Below are positions 17,730 through 27,878 of a DNA stretch of 59,132 nucleotides, piece by piece. The DNA is taken from IMG/VR virus record IMGVR_UViG_3300024232_000011, positions 1 to 59,132 of that record; one strand, given 5' to 3'. Position 1 is the first letter of the stretch. Each line of letters starts with the position of its first letter. The stretch is from a virus. Its lineage: Duplodnaviria; Caudoviricetes. The position numbers and the translations under genes were made by a program. The notes under the pieces were generated by a model that was not told the DNA's origin, did not search any database, and was given only the letters and a program-made list of their open reading frames with translations.

Positions 17730-19966
17730 GCGAGGTGCTTAATCCAAACCCGCAGTCGCAAGCGCAAGATGGTGCGCCTGGGGCTGGAACAACTATGGAG
17801 CAAGCAAACAGTCCGCAGGACATGCGGTCTGAGTTAGATAAAGAAGAACTTCTCAAGAGAATCATTAAGTGGTTCAGAGCATCTCGCGATCATTTCCAAG
17901 ACTGGAGACAAGAAGCAGCAAATTGCTTCGACTTTTGTGCTGGGCATCAATGGAATGAGACTGATTTACAAATATTGCGTGACCAATCACGCCCTGCGGT
18001 GACTTTTAATCGGATCGATCCATTTGTTGACGGCGTTTCAGGACTTGAAATCGGCAACCGCCAGACCGTCCAATACTATCCTCGCACGTTGGGAGAGGCA
18101 GGAACCGACGAACTCCTGACATCCGCCGGCCAATGGGCGCGCGACGAGTGCGACGCGGAGGACGAAGAGAGCGAAGCGTTACGAGATGTAATAGTTACGG
18201 GTGTAGGGGCAACCCAGACCCGTATGGATTACGATACAGATCCAGACGGCCTGATCAAGATCGACCGCGTTGACCCGTTGGAGCTGTATCCCGATCCGTC
18301 GTCGCGCAAGCCAAACTATGACGAATCGAGATTCGTCATCCGCGTCAAGGATGTGCCGGTACCTGTGGCGGAGGAGATGTTCCCGACGTTCCCCGTCGTG
18401 GATTTGCACGCGCAATGGGCAGAGGACCAGCCCGACGAGACGCGGCAGCCGCACAATGCACGTCTAGCGCCGTATTACCGCATCGACCAAGCCGGCCAGA
18501 TCGACCGCGAGCGGATGCAATGCCGGCTGGTCGAGGTGGAATGGTGGGACTTCGTGCCGGCGTGGCGCGTGCTCGATCCGTCAACCGGTCGGTTTGTGCG
18601 GCTCGACCAGGAACGGGCTGATATCTACCGGAAGCGCGCCATGCTTCTCGGCAGCAAGCCGTTCATGATCAAGGACCGGGAGAAACGCTACTACAAGGCC
18701 ATCTGTGGCAACGTCGTGCTCAAGGTCATGCGCGGGCCGGACAAAGGCGGCTTCTCGTACAAGTTCATGACCGGCAAGCGCGACCGTAACCGTGGCTGCT
18801 GGTACGGACTCGTGCGGGCGATGATGGACCCGCAGATGTGGACCAACAAACTGTTCACGCAGGCGCTCCATATCGTCAACACCAACGCCAAGGGCGGCCT
18901 GATCGCGGAAACCGACGCCTTCGTCGATATCGAGGAGGCGCGCGATAGCTGGGCGGACGCGGATTCCATCACGGAACTCAATCCGGGGGGAATGAGCAAG
19001 GTCCAGCAGAAGCAGCCGCCGCAGTTCCCCGTGCAGATCAACCAGATGATGGACACGGCGTTGCAGGCGATTCCGGCAACGGCTGGCGTCAACCTGGAGA
19101 TGATTGCGCAGCAGAGCGCCAACCAGCCCGGCGTGCTGGAGATGCAGCGCAAGCAGCAGGGCATGACCGTGCTGGCGTATATTTTCAACGCCAAGCGCCG
19201 CTACCAGAAGGAACAGGGCCGGCTGATGATCTGGATGCTCCAGACGTTCATCAGCGACGGACGGTTGATCCGAATCGGTGGCGATGATCAGGCGCAGTAT
19301 GTGCCGTTCGTCCGTGACCAGGGCATTGCCGAGTATGACGTGATTGTCGATGACGCGCCGTCCTCGCCCAACATGAAAGAACGCGTCTGGGCGATGATCA
19401 TGCAGATGTTCCCGATGATCCGGACGATGAATTTCCCGGCACCGGTCATGATGGAGCTGATGAAGTATTCGCCGTTCCCGTCGTCGCTGATTTCCAAGAT
19501 CAAGGAGATCATGGCCCAGCCACCACCGCCGAATCCCGAGGTGCAGGCCAAGCAACAACTTGCGCAGGCGCAGGCGCAGAAGATCGGGGCCGAGGCGGCG
19601 CATCGACAGGCGGAGACGGCGCGTCTGGCGGCCGAGACGCAGGCGGCGCCGCGGCGGGTACAGGGCGACCTGACGGAGCAGCAGGCGCGGATCGAGAAGA
19701 TCAAGGCCGACGCGATCAACTCGTTGCAGAACGCAGGCGTGACGGCGGACGACGTGCATTTCCAGCGGGCGATGACGGCGATCGATATGCTATTGAAGAA
19801 CTCGGCGCAGCAGCATGATCAGGGCATGGATATGGCGGGGCACGCTCTGGAGGCTGCGCAGGCGCAGCACGGGATGATGATGGATCAGGCGGGACACGCG
19901 CTGGACGTCCACCAGGCTTTGAATCCGCCGCAGCCTTCGCCGCAGCAGGTGAGTGCGCCGACATGA
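17726..19966 (+). CDS. Portal protein (P22-like)
   Basis: 746 aa; GHQW...RPAVTFNRI, DPQMWTNK, EYDVIVDDAPSSP, Gln/Ala C-terminal helical tail. Confidence 0.92.
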   Translation: MSEVLNPNPQSQAQDGAPGAGTTMEQANSPQDMRSELDKEELLKRIIKWFRASRDHFQDWRQEAANCFDFCAGHQWNETDLQILRDQSRPAVTFNRIDPFVDGVSGLEIGNRQTVQYYPRTLGEAGTDELLTSAGQWARDECDAEDEESEALRDVIVTGVGATQTRMDYDTDPDGLIKIDRVDPLELYPDPSSRKPNYDESRFVIRVKDVPVPVAEEMFPTFPVVDLHAQWAEDQPDETRQPHNARLAPYYRIDQAGQIDRERMQCRLVEVEWWDFVPAWRVLDPSTGRFVRLDQERADIYRKRAMLLGSKPFMIKDREKRYYKAICGNVVLKVMRGPDKGGFSYKFMTGKRDRNRGCWYGLVRAMMDPQMWTNKLFTQALHIVNTNAKGGLIAETDAFVDIEEARDSWADADSITELNPGGMSKVQQKQPPQFPVQINQMMDTALQAIPATAGVNLEMIAQQSANQPGVLEMQRKQQGMTVLAYIFNAKRRYQKEQGRLMIWMLQTFISDGRLIRIGGDDQAQYVPFVRDQGIAEYDVIVDDAPSSPNMKERVWAMIMQMFPMIRTMNFPAPVMMELMKYSPFPSSLISKIKEIMAQPPPPNPEVQAKQQLAQAQAQKIGAEAAHRQAETARLAAETQAAPRRVQGDLTEQQARIEKIKADAINSLQNAGVTADDVHFQRAMTAIDMLLKNSAQQHDQGMDMAGHALEAAQAQHGMMMDQAGHALDVHQALNPPQPSPQQVSAPT

Positions 19967-20158
19967 CGTGCGAGAAATGCGAAGGCGAGCGCCAAGACGG
20001 CGAGCGATGCCACCATTGCAACGGCACGGGCGTCGAGCCGGACCTGACGCTGTTGACGGACTACCACGCGTTGCTGCGCTGGCTGGCGCAGGACGACAAT
20101 TCCGCAGCCGCCGGATAGCGGCTTCCGGGCCGGGCCGTATCCCGGAGGGAGTGGATAG

Positions 20159-21166
20159 ATGAGCGGCGCCCTGGACGAACTCACGGCCGACGAAAAGGCC
20201 CTCTTCGATGCGATGCGGGCCGAGGATAACTCCGGTCCGGCGCCGGCTGCCGATCCCGAGCGACAACCGCAGCGCGCGCAGCCAGAACCGGCCGAAACGC
20301 CGGAACCGCAGGCAAAAGAGCCGGACCAGGCCAAGCTTGTGGACAAGCGGGCACTGGACGAAGAGCGCACGCGCCGGAAGAAAGCCGAGCAAGCAGCCCG
20401 TGAGCGCGAGGTTGAACTGGCGAAGGTCAACACGCGCTTCGAGATGCTGACGAAGGCGCTGGAAGCGAACGCGGCCCAGCCGGCACCAGCGGTGGCCGAG
20501 ACGCCTGCGCCAGCATTCGACAGCGATCCGAAGGCCCACATTGATTGGCATCTCCGCGAACTCCAGCGCAAGCAGGAGGCGTTGGACAAGCGACTGGCGG
20601 AGATCCAGAGCGGCAACCAGCAGATCACCGAGCAGCAGCGCCAGCAACAGCAGATCGCAGAGTTGCAGTCGTGGGGGCAGGCGCAGGAACAGGAGTTCAT
20701 GCAGTCCACGCCCGATTACAATCAGGCCATGGCGCACCTTCTGGCGGCCCGTCAGGCGCACATCCGGGCGATCGGCGAGGACGATCCCGTGCGTATCCAG
20801 CAGGCGATCCAGGCCGATATCATCAACACGGCCAACTTCGCCCGCCAGAAGGGGCGCAACTTCGCCGAGACGCTGTACAAGCTGGCAGAGGCATCGGGAT
20901 ACAAGCCGGGCAATGGCGGCACGGACAACCCATTGGCGCCGGCTCGCACGCCATCAGTCAACGTCGATAGCGCCGCCGAACGCCTGCTCCGCGGCAACGA
21001 CATGGCCACGACGCTGGGCTCGACCGGCGCCGCGCCGCGCGGGGAACTGGCGACGCAGGCTATCGCGAACATGAGCGACGCGGAGTTCGAAGCGGTCTAC
21101 GCCAAGATCCAGAAGATGCCGCCGGCTCAGAGCAAGGCGGCGATGAGAAACCTTTTTGGGACATAA
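20159..21166 (+). CDS. Scaffolding protein
   Basis: Between portal and capsid; acidic/Pro N-terminus, LVDKRALDEER coiled coil, C-terminal IANMSDAEF. Confidence 0.75.
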   Translation: MSGALDELTADEKALFDAMRAEDNSGPAPAADPERQPQRAQPEPAETPEPQAKEPDQAKLVDKRALDEERTRRKKAEQAAREREVELAKVNTRFEMLTKALEANAAQPAPAVAETPAPAFDSDPKAHIDWHLRELQRKQEALDKRLAEIQSGNQQITEQQRQQQQIAELQSWGQAQEQEFMQSTPDYNQAMAHLLAARQAHIRAIGEDDPVRIQQAIQADIINTANFARQKGRNFAETLYKLAEASGYKPGNGGTDNPLAPARTPSVNVDSAAERLLRGNDMATTLGSTGAAPRGELATQAIANMSDAEFEAVYAKIQKMPPAQSKAAMRNLFGT

Positions 21167-21169
21167 GCC

Positions 21170-21616
21170 ATGAGCCGCACCCGAGGCGTATCCCAAAACC
21201 TCTATGACGGCGGCGGTGTTTTGACTGGAAAGGGCGGCGAGCCGATCCCTGTCTCACCGTTCGTGTCCAAGGCCAACGCCATCACGCCGTCGTTCGACAA
21301 GCAGGGCAACCCGGTTTCTCCTGCCGCGACGGTGGCCTACCAGAACGCGCCACGCCGTATCCATGGGGCAACGGTGTTCCACGGGCCTGGCGCCGAGCCG
21401 GTGCCCGTGCAGCCGCGCATCGTGGGTTATCGCGCCGAGCCGAAAACGTGGTCGAAGAACATGGAAGCATACGAATTGGCGCGGCTGATCCACATGCTGC
21501 TACGTGCGCCTCCGGCCAAGATGGGCGATGGGCTGATCGTGGACGTGTCGGTGGAGGAGTGGAACCACTTGGATGGCGATCTGCGACGGCACTTTATGCC
21601 GGTGAGGGAAGTGTGA
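21170..21616 (+). CDS. Hypothetical head-module protein with an internal repeat
   Basis: GKGGEPIPV / GPGAEPVPV. Confidence 0.6.
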   Translation: MSRTRGVSQNLYDGGGVLTGKGGEPIPVSPFVSKANAITPSFDKQGNPVSPAATVAYQNAPRRIHGATVFHGPGAEPVPVQPRIVGYRAEPKTWSKNMEAYELARLIHMLLRAPPAKMGDGLIVDVSVEEWNHLDGDLRRHFMPVREV

Positions 21617-21972
21617 GCCGCAACCTAGCCAAACGTGAGTGCAGCCGCTGCGAGTCCAAGGTTGCCATCTGCGGCCCTATTTATCGTTTGCCACGTGACC
21701 ACTTTGCGTGCCCCGACATGCTTGTGGCGGATGCAGACTGCACGGTTTGCCAAGCTCATTATACAGCGTGGCTTGGACCGACGCACGATAGGATCGGCAC
21801 GAGAGAACACGATCTGGAAAATGTGCGGTGCTTCGGGTTCTACGATCTGAGTTACCGTGCATCGTTTAACGACGAGCCTGGGAAAGGCGATCTTCCGGAT
21901 GTCGGCAAGATCGAGACTGCCCGTGTCGTGACGATTAACGGCCGCGTGGTGTCGTGGGAGCTAATGGAATGA
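21613..21972 (+). CDS. Cys-containing hypothetical protein (insert)
   Basis: GTGA-coupled; CSRC, CTVC. Confidence 0.5.
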   Translation: MSRNLAKRECSRCESKVAICGPIYRLPRDHFACPDMLVADADCTVCQAHYTAWLGPTHDRIGTREHDLENVRCFGFYDLSYRASFNDEPGKGDLPDVGKIETARVVTINGRVVSWELME

Positions 21973-22143
21973 CCCTAGAAGTCGGTCCCCACACGTCGCT
22001 GCGTCCTGTCGCGTGCCGCGATTGCGCTCACGTCGTCATGACGCCGCGAGGAAAGGGCCGGCTGTCGTACTCGTGCTCGCTCTATAACGGCGACTGCTAT
22101 GCGCTCCGCTTTGGCGGCGAGTGCGGTTCCGGCGCGAAGGGGT

Positions 22144-22773
22144 TCAAGCCTGCGGGGATGGGGGCGAAAGGGGCTCCGTCTCCGCAGGTATCGGCGATGT
22201 AGCAAAGGCTGCGCCCACCGTATAGGTGCGGATGAAGCCGATTGAGGATTCGTACTCCAAGGGGTCTTTGTCGCCCTTGCGACCATTATGGTACATGCAG
22301 AGATATTGAAGATTAATTCGATCATTTGAGCCTCCGCGTGCCAATGGCACCCAATGATCTATCTCTCGATCTTCGTCGATTGGCTTCTGGCAATAAACGC
22401 ATTTTCCGTTTTGGAACTGCCAAATTACGCGCAGATCGGCCGCCGTGTGAGTGCCCCCAGAGGCTAGTTTCAACGCGCGCCTTTTGTGCGTCTTGGCGCA
22501 TACGGAATCCAAGTTTTGGGATGCCCATTTCTTTTGTGCTGCTTTTACCTTATCAGGATTTTCGGCTCGCCACTGGCGCTGAAAAGCAGCTTGGTAAGCT
22601 TTATATTCCGCAGTTTGCACTTTGTTTTTAACATAAAGCGCATAGCGCTCAGGGTTTCTGATTTTCCACAGCCGACTGAGTTCGGCAAGGCGTCCCTTGT
22701 GCGCAAGGTTCCATGCAGTCGCACGAAGGCGTCGTATTTCGCGCTGTTCTGGGGTAAAGACGCGTTTAGCCAT
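22144..22773 (-). CDS. HNH homing endonuclease, antisense, upstream of the capsid gene
   Basis: QNGKCVYC...EIDHWVPLARGGSNDRINLQYLC..HN..K. Confidence 0.92.
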   Translation of the reverse strand: MAKRVFTPEQREIRRLRATAWNLAHKGRLAELSRLWKIRNPERYALYVKNKVQTAEYKAYQAAFQRQWRAENPDKVKAAQKKWASQNLDSVCAKTHKRRALKLASGGTHTAADLRVIWQFQNGKCVYCQKPIDEDREIDHWVPLARGGSNDRINLQYLCMYHNGRKGDKDPLEYESSIGFIRTYTVGAAFATSPIPAETEPLSPPSPQA

Positions 22774-23075
22774 AGGCCGGTGCTCCTAACGGTTTGAGGT
22801 CAGTGGCGCCGGGTCGGCTGCAATCCGCCCGGCGTCACGCAACTTCTACCACAAAATCCGACCCTTGCAAAATTGTGTTGCGCACCATTCCAAATGCGTG
22901 CTATGCGTTCGCTCGTCCAAATTTTGGACACTCGGGGAGATGCCCCTGTAAGGCATCGATCGAGCGGTTGCCGGCTCGCTTGGATTCGGCAATAGCGTCG
23001 CGCAGCTATACAGCGCGCTCGCCAGTCCTGCGCAGGGACAAGTAAGTAATCAACCCATGCGCAGGAGTAAATCAC

Positions 23076-24170
23076 TTGGCGGTTACTACATACGGCACTG
23101 GTAATGCTTTGGCCGTGAAGCTCTGGTCGAAGCGTTTGTCTGTCGAAGCCTTGAAAGCGTGCTGGGTGTACAAGTTCATCGGCGACACCGTGGACTCGAT
23201 GATCCAGATCAAGGACGAGACGCAGAAAAGCGCTGGTGATCAGATCACCTACGGTCTGCGTATGCAGTTGTCCGGCAACGGCACGCTCGGCGACGGAGTG
23301 CTGGAGGGCAACGAAGAGGCATTGCTGACGTACAGCGACGCCCTGGTCATCAACCAGCTCCGCAACGCCGTTCGCTCGTCTGGCCGCATGTCGCAGCAGC
23401 GCGTGCCTTTCCAGATCCGCGATGAGTGCCTTGCTGGCCTGCGCGACTGGTGGGCCGATCGCATCGACTGGTCCGGCTTCAACCAGCTTTGCGGCAACGT
23501 CGGGCCGTCCGGTTCGTTCGCATCGCCAGCGCTTACGGCGCCAGACGTGCGGTGGACTGGGTTGCAGGCGTGCATCGCGCCGGACTCCAATCACTATACC
23601 AACGTCGCAGGCACGGCCGACGATACCGGCCTTGGCGCCGGCAACGTGTTCTCGCTGACGATGATCGACAAGGCGGTGGAGCGAGCGAAGACGCTGACGC
23701 CGGCCATTCGTCCGGTCACCGTGTCGGGTAAGAAGTTCTACGTCGCGTGGCTGCATCCGTATCAGGTGACGGATATCCGCACGACCACGGCAACGGGCCA
23801 GTGGCTCGATATTCAGAAAGCCGCGATGACCGGCGGCCTGGTTGACGCCAATCCGATCTTCGACGGCAGCCTCGGCGTCTACAACGGCGTGATCCTGCAC
23901 GAAGACGCCCGCGTGACGCAGGGCTACAACCCGAGCGGTTTCGCGGCGATCACGACCGTCCGGCGCGCGGTGTTCTGTGGGGCACAGGCGGGGATGATCG
24001 GCTTCGGGCGCGACAATTCGGTCAACAAGTTTACGTGGGTCGAAGAGTTGTTCGACTACGAGAATCAGTTGGGCGTGTCGGCGGGCCTAATATTTGGGTT
24101 AAAGAAAACGGTCTACAATAGCACAGATTTCGCTACCGTAGTAATGAGCAGCTATGCAGCTTCTCATTAA
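23076..24170 (+). CDS. Major capsid protein (N4-gp56/DUF4043 type)
   Basis: AGGAG RBS, TTG start; AVKLWS, AGDQITYGLRMQL, LEGNEEAL, LHPYQVTDIR, EELFDY. Confidence 0.92.
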   Translation: MAVTTYGTGNALAVKLWSKRLSVEALKACWVYKFIGDTVDSMIQIKDETQKSAGDQITYGLRMQLSGNGTLGDGVLEGNEEALLTYSDALVINQLRNAVRSSGRMSQQRVPFQIRDECLAGLRDWWADRIDWSGFNQLCGNVGPSGSFASPALTAPDVRWTGLQACIAPDSNHYTNVAGTADDTGLGAGNVFSLTMIDKAVERAKTLTPAIRPVTVSGKKFYVAWLHPYQVTDIRTTTATGQWLDIQKAAMTGGLVDANPIFDGSLGVYNGVILHEDARVTQGYNPSGFAAITTVRRAVFCGAQAGMIGFGRDNSVNKFTWVEELFDYENQLGVSAGLIFGLKKTVYNSTDFATVVMSSYAASH

Positions 24171-24766
24171 AGCAGCAATCCGATCGATCGTGCGAACTCG
24201 ATTGGATGTTTTGCATGCTTCTTCTGATTGCATTTCTTGCAAGTCAGTTGTAGATTCTTTGGCCAATTCGTCCCGCCTTTGGCAAGAGGGATGATATGGT
24301 CAGTATGGTAACCTCCGTGGAGCGAGACGTTACAGTAGACGCACTTGCCGCGCTGTCTTGCGAAAATCGCCTTGATGTCGGCGCCGGTGAAGGTACCTTC
24401 GGCCGACATTTCTCTAGCGCGTCGGGTAGCCTTTATCGCTTTGTAATGCTCCGAGTTTTCGGTGCGCCAGCGCTTCGAGGCGGCCCTGTTGCGGTCAGGA
24501 TGGTTAGCTCGCCATTTAATCGTGGCCGCTCTAGCCGTTTCTCGGTTGGCTTCCCGCCATCTATCCATCTTCGCTTTGACGCGAGCGGGATTAGCAGCCA
24601 CCCACTTGGCGTCGCTTGCCGCTCTCTTGTCTCGGTTTTTGGCGTTGGATTTGGCGACAATCGCCTTCCAGCGCTCAGGGTTGTTCGCGCGCCATTGAGC
24701 GTGGTACGCGTTGCGACGCGTAGCCTTCGCCGCAGCCTCATCGGGTGCTATAGTCTCGTCAGCCAT
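24167..24766 (-). CDS. HNH homing endonuclease, antisense, downstream of the capsid gene
   Basis: Likely start MADE at 24766; QRGKCVYC...HTDHIIPLAKGGTNWPKNLQLTCKKCNQKK. Confidence 0.92.
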   Translation of the reverse strand: MADETIAPDEAAAKATRRNAYHAQWRANNPERWKAIVAKSNAKNRDKRAASDAKWVAANPARVKAKMDRWREANRETARAATIKWRANHPDRNRAASKRWRTENSEHYKAIKATRRAREMSAEGTFTGADIKAIFARQRGKCVYCNVSLHGGYHTDHIIPLAKGGTNWPKNLQLTCKKCNQKKHAKHPIEFARSIGLLL

Positions 24767-24877
24767 GTCGAGCGCCTTCTCGTTCGCTTGGTTAGAAGTG
24801 TCGCGGCCCCTGGACCGGGTTGCGACGCTTCGCTTTATCTCACAGTCGGTCCGCAGCATCAAGGATAAGGCACCGGC

Positions 24878-25303
24878 ATGGCAACTCTTCAGGCTACCAA
24901 CATCCTGACCGGCACGACTGAGGGCGCGAAATACAACGCTACCGGTTCCACGTCGGAAATCTGGACGGTCGCGACTACCACGGCGCTGGCGTCGGGCGAT
25001 ACTATCAGCGGCCCGGTCATTCCCGCCAATACCTATCTGGTGGACGTGCTGGTCAGTTGGACTGACGTGGATAGCGGTTCTGGCGCGACCTTCGAATGCG
25101 GCTACACCGGCACGCTGGGGGCGTTCATCGCCACCGGCAACACCACCCCGGCCTCGGGCGGCATCGTTCACGCGAACGTCGCTGGCGCGCTAGGCTACAC
25201 CGCGACGACAAACACGACGGTGCTGGTGACGATGACGGGCACGGCGGGCACCCCGGTCGCCGGCACGTGCCGCATCGGCGTCATCTATACCGCCAGCCCA
25301 TAA
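24878..25303 (+). CDS. Putative capsid decoration/minor structural protein
   Basis: Follows the capsid gene; Thr/Ala/Gly-rich, beta-strand pattern. Confidence 0.65.
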   Translation: MATLQATNILTGTTEGAKYNATGSTSEIWTVATTTALASGDTISGPVIPANTYLVDVLVSWTDVDSGSGATFECGYTGTLGAFIATGNTTPASGGIVHANVAGALGYTATTNTTVLVTMTGTAGTPVAGTCRIGVIYTASP

Positions 25304-25316
25304 CAGGAGACAGACG

Positions 25317-25535
25317 ATGGCTGGAGCAAGCTTCCGCAAGGGCTCTCTCGGTTCGCCGTGGAGCACCGAAGTCAAGGGTCCGACCGCAATGGATCCGGGC
25401 GATGCCGACAACTTCGAAGGGCCGCGTATTGGTTCGGGCGTGCTGGGCAAGCGGGTCCAGATGGAAGTGCAACGCGCGGGGAATCGTGGCCGCAGCGGCA
25501 AGTCCGATCGTGGTGACTACGACGCCGTGGATTGA
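25317..25535 (+). CDS. Hypothetical protein
   Basis: AGGAG RBS. Confidence 0.65.
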   Translation: MAGASFRKGSLGSPWSTEVKGPTAMDPGDADNFEGPRIGSGVLGKRVQMEVQRAGNRGRSGKSDRGDYDAVD

Positions 25536-25572
25536 GTGGCTGGCGCGGCTGTCGTTCATGGAGTGAGCCGCG

Positions 25573-26352
25573 TTGCCAGTGGTCGAACTGAATTATCAAC
25601 GAGATCCAGCCAGCGGCGCCGTTCAATTTGGTGCCTCTGGCTATCCGTTGGTAGTCGCCAATCCGTCCGCTGCGACCTACGGCGAGATGCAGGCGCGCAT
25701 TCAGCACGAAGTGCTTGGTGACATCACGATCGACGATATCAAGAACGCGATCCAAGACGCTATCGCGGAATATGAGGCTCAGAGCTTCTGGTTTAATCAG
25801 ATCAGGCTGTATGGTTCTCCTGGGTCTGGAAGCAATCTTCAGACGGTAAATGGGCAGGAATTTTATTCCGCGCAAGATTTGCCTGTCTTGACGGTAATCC
25901 CACATATCAGCAAGGTCATGGTACTGGCCTTTGCAAATAGATATTCATTGGTAGAAAGGACTTATCAGTGGATTGACGATGTATCTCTATCAACTACTTG
26001 GCAAGGATTGCCGACCGATTGGGCCTATCAGTCTCAATCTTTGAGACTCTATCCGGTGCCGAATGGCAACTATCCCCTTATCATTGATGTTACGACGAGG
26101 TTCCAACCTCTCGTGAATGATAGCGATTACAACGTTTGGACGAACAGAGGCGCCCTTCTAATAAGAACGGAGGCGAAGCGTCTTTTGTTTCGGAATCTGA
26201 CGCGCGACGAAGATCAAGCGCAGTACATGGAGCAAGAACTCCAAGGCGATCCCCAGAGCGGGCGCCAAGGCGTGCTGGCGATGCTGCGTCGAGAGACGAT
26301 GAGGCGTGCTGGCGGAACTGGGCGGATTCGTGGATCGCGGGGCTATATGTAA
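25573..26352 (+). CDS. Head-tail adaptor-like protein
   Basis: TYGEMQARI...IKNAIQDAI...FWFN, LRLYPVPNG; position. Confidence 0.7.
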   Translation: MPVVELNYQRDPASGAVQFGASGYPLVVANPSAATYGEMQARIQHEVLGDITIDDIKNAIQDAIAEYEAQSFWFNQIRLYGSPGSGSNLQTVNGQEFYSAQDLPVLTVIPHISKVMVLAFANRYSLVERTYQWIDDVSLSTTWQGLPTDWAYQSQSLRLYPVPNGNYPLIIDVTTRFQPLVNDSDYNVWTNRGALLIRTEAKRLLFRNLTRDEDQAQYMEQELQGDPQSGRQGVLAMLRRETMRRAGGTGRIRGSRGYM

Positions 26353-27878
26353 TGGCCATTCTTCCCATCGCCAGTTGGATGCCAGACAGCCCCGACCTGT
26401 CCGAGGCAACCAACATCGCCACCAACGTCATCGCGTTGACGCCCGAATCCTACGGTCCAGTCAACCGCCCGAAAGCCTACAGCATCAACGCGCTGGCAAC
26501 GCAGTGCCTCGGCCTGGGCTTCGCGGAGGATACCAACCTCGCGCACAATGTCTTTGGGGGCACCGCGACGAAGCTGGAGCTGATCGCCGAGGGCAGCAAC
26601 TCATGGGCTGACGTGAGCGGTGCGGTCTATACGACGGCGGCCGGAGAAACGTGGCACTTCGCGCAGTACAACAACTTGGAACTGGCGACGAACTTTACCG
26701 ACAAAATCCAGTCCTATGACATGATCGCGGGGGGCACATTTGCCGATCTGGCGGCGGCTGCACCGCATGCGCGCTATATCGCCGTGGCCAAGACGTTCGC
26801 TATCGTCGCCAACACGGATGATCCTGTGGGCGGCACAAACCCGGCTCGGATCTGGTGGAGCGCTGCCGGCGATCCGACCAACTGGCCCACGCCGGGATCA
26901 ACGAGCGCGCAACAGGTCCAGTCGGACTTCTCCGACCTGCTAGGGCCGCAGGGACCGATCAGCGGGCTGGCGCCGAACCTGGCCGGTTGCGACTGCGCGG
27001 TGTTCTTCGAGCGCGGCGTGTTCCGCATGATCTATGTCGGGCCGCCCGACATCTTCGACTTCTACCCTGCGGCAAGCGTGCGCGGTTCTCCGGCGCCGAA
27101 CAGCATCGTGCCGCTCGGCAACGTCGTGTACTATTTCGGCGAAGATGGCTTCTACATGTTCGACGGCAACCAGTCGCAGCCGATTGGTGCCAACAAAATT
27201 GACAAGTGGTTTTTTGCCAATGTCGATCAGTCGGCGCTGCAACTTGTGGTCGGCGCGCCGGACATCAACAACAAGGCCATCGTCTGGGTATTCCGTTCGA
27301 TTTTTGCGCCGTCGGCATTGCCGGACCAGGCGTTGATTTATCGCTGGGATATCCAGATGTGGACGCCAGCGCAGGTAACGACGCAGTGGATTTGTCGGAC
27401 GCCGGTCACGCTGGCGGCGGCCACAGTGCCATTGGCAGTGGGACAGCTGGAACTTGGCGTTGTAGACTCGTCCGGCTTTCTCGCCTTCATGAACGGCACT
27501 TCCCTACCGGCACAGGTCGGAACCAAGGTCGTACAGATCACGCCGGGACGGCGGACGTTCGTCAACGCGACGCGGCCGCTGATCAATGCAAGCGGGAGTG
27601 GCGGCAACCTGCTGACGGAGAGTGGCCTGGTCCTGCTGACAGAGGACGGATTTCCCCTTTCAACCGAGGATTCGCAGGGTGCGTTCACCGTCGCGATGTC
27701 GGCTCGCAACAGTTATTTCGACCCAGAGATGTTCGGGCAGGAAGTGCCGCCAGACTCGTCGGGCCAGTGCTCGCAGCGCTCAGACGGGCGCTACCATCGG
27801 GGGCGCATCAGCGTGTCGGGAATTTGGACAACGATCGCCGGGCTTGACGTGAGCGGCATTCAGGCGGGGCAACGATGA
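26352..27878 (+). CDS. Tail tubular/packaged-DNA stabilization protein (P22 gp10-like)
   Basis: WMPD N-terminus, RIWWSAAGDPTNW, VYYFGEDGFYMFDG, PIGANKID. Confidence 0.75.
   Translation: MAILPIASWMPDSPDLSEATNIATNVIALTPESYGPVNRPKAYSINALATQCLGLGFAEDTNLAHNVFGGTATKLELIAEGSNSWADVSGAVYTTAAGETWHFAQYNNLELATNFTDKIQSYDMIAGGTFADLAAAAPHARYIAVAKTFAIVANTDDPVGGTNPARIWWSAAGDPTNWPTPGSTSAQQVQSDFSDLLGPQGPISGLAPNLAGCDCAVFFERGVFRMIYVGPPDIFDFYPAASVRGSPAPNSIVPLGNVVYYFGEDGFYMFDGNQSQPIGANKIDKWFFANVDQSALQLVVGAPDINNKAIVWVFRSIFAPSALPDQALIYRWDIQMWTPAQVTTQWICRTPVTLAAATVPLAVGQLELGVVDSSGFLAFMNGTSLPAQVGTKVVQITPGRRTFVNATRPLINASGSGGNLLTESGLVLLTEDGFPLSTEDSQGAFTVAMSARNSYFDPEMFGQEVPPDSSGQCSQRSDGRYHRGRISVSGIWTTIAGLDVSGIQAGQR

Noticed and set aside
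18581-20761. Long antisense ORFs (also 22800..23900, 32389..33537, 11770..12819)
   Set aside because: Shadow frames of GC3-biased genes with no recognisable motifs.
24767-25171. 334-aa HNH ORF as given in the track
   Set aside because: The extension is antisense to the structural gene at 24878; promoter and leader point to a start at 24766.
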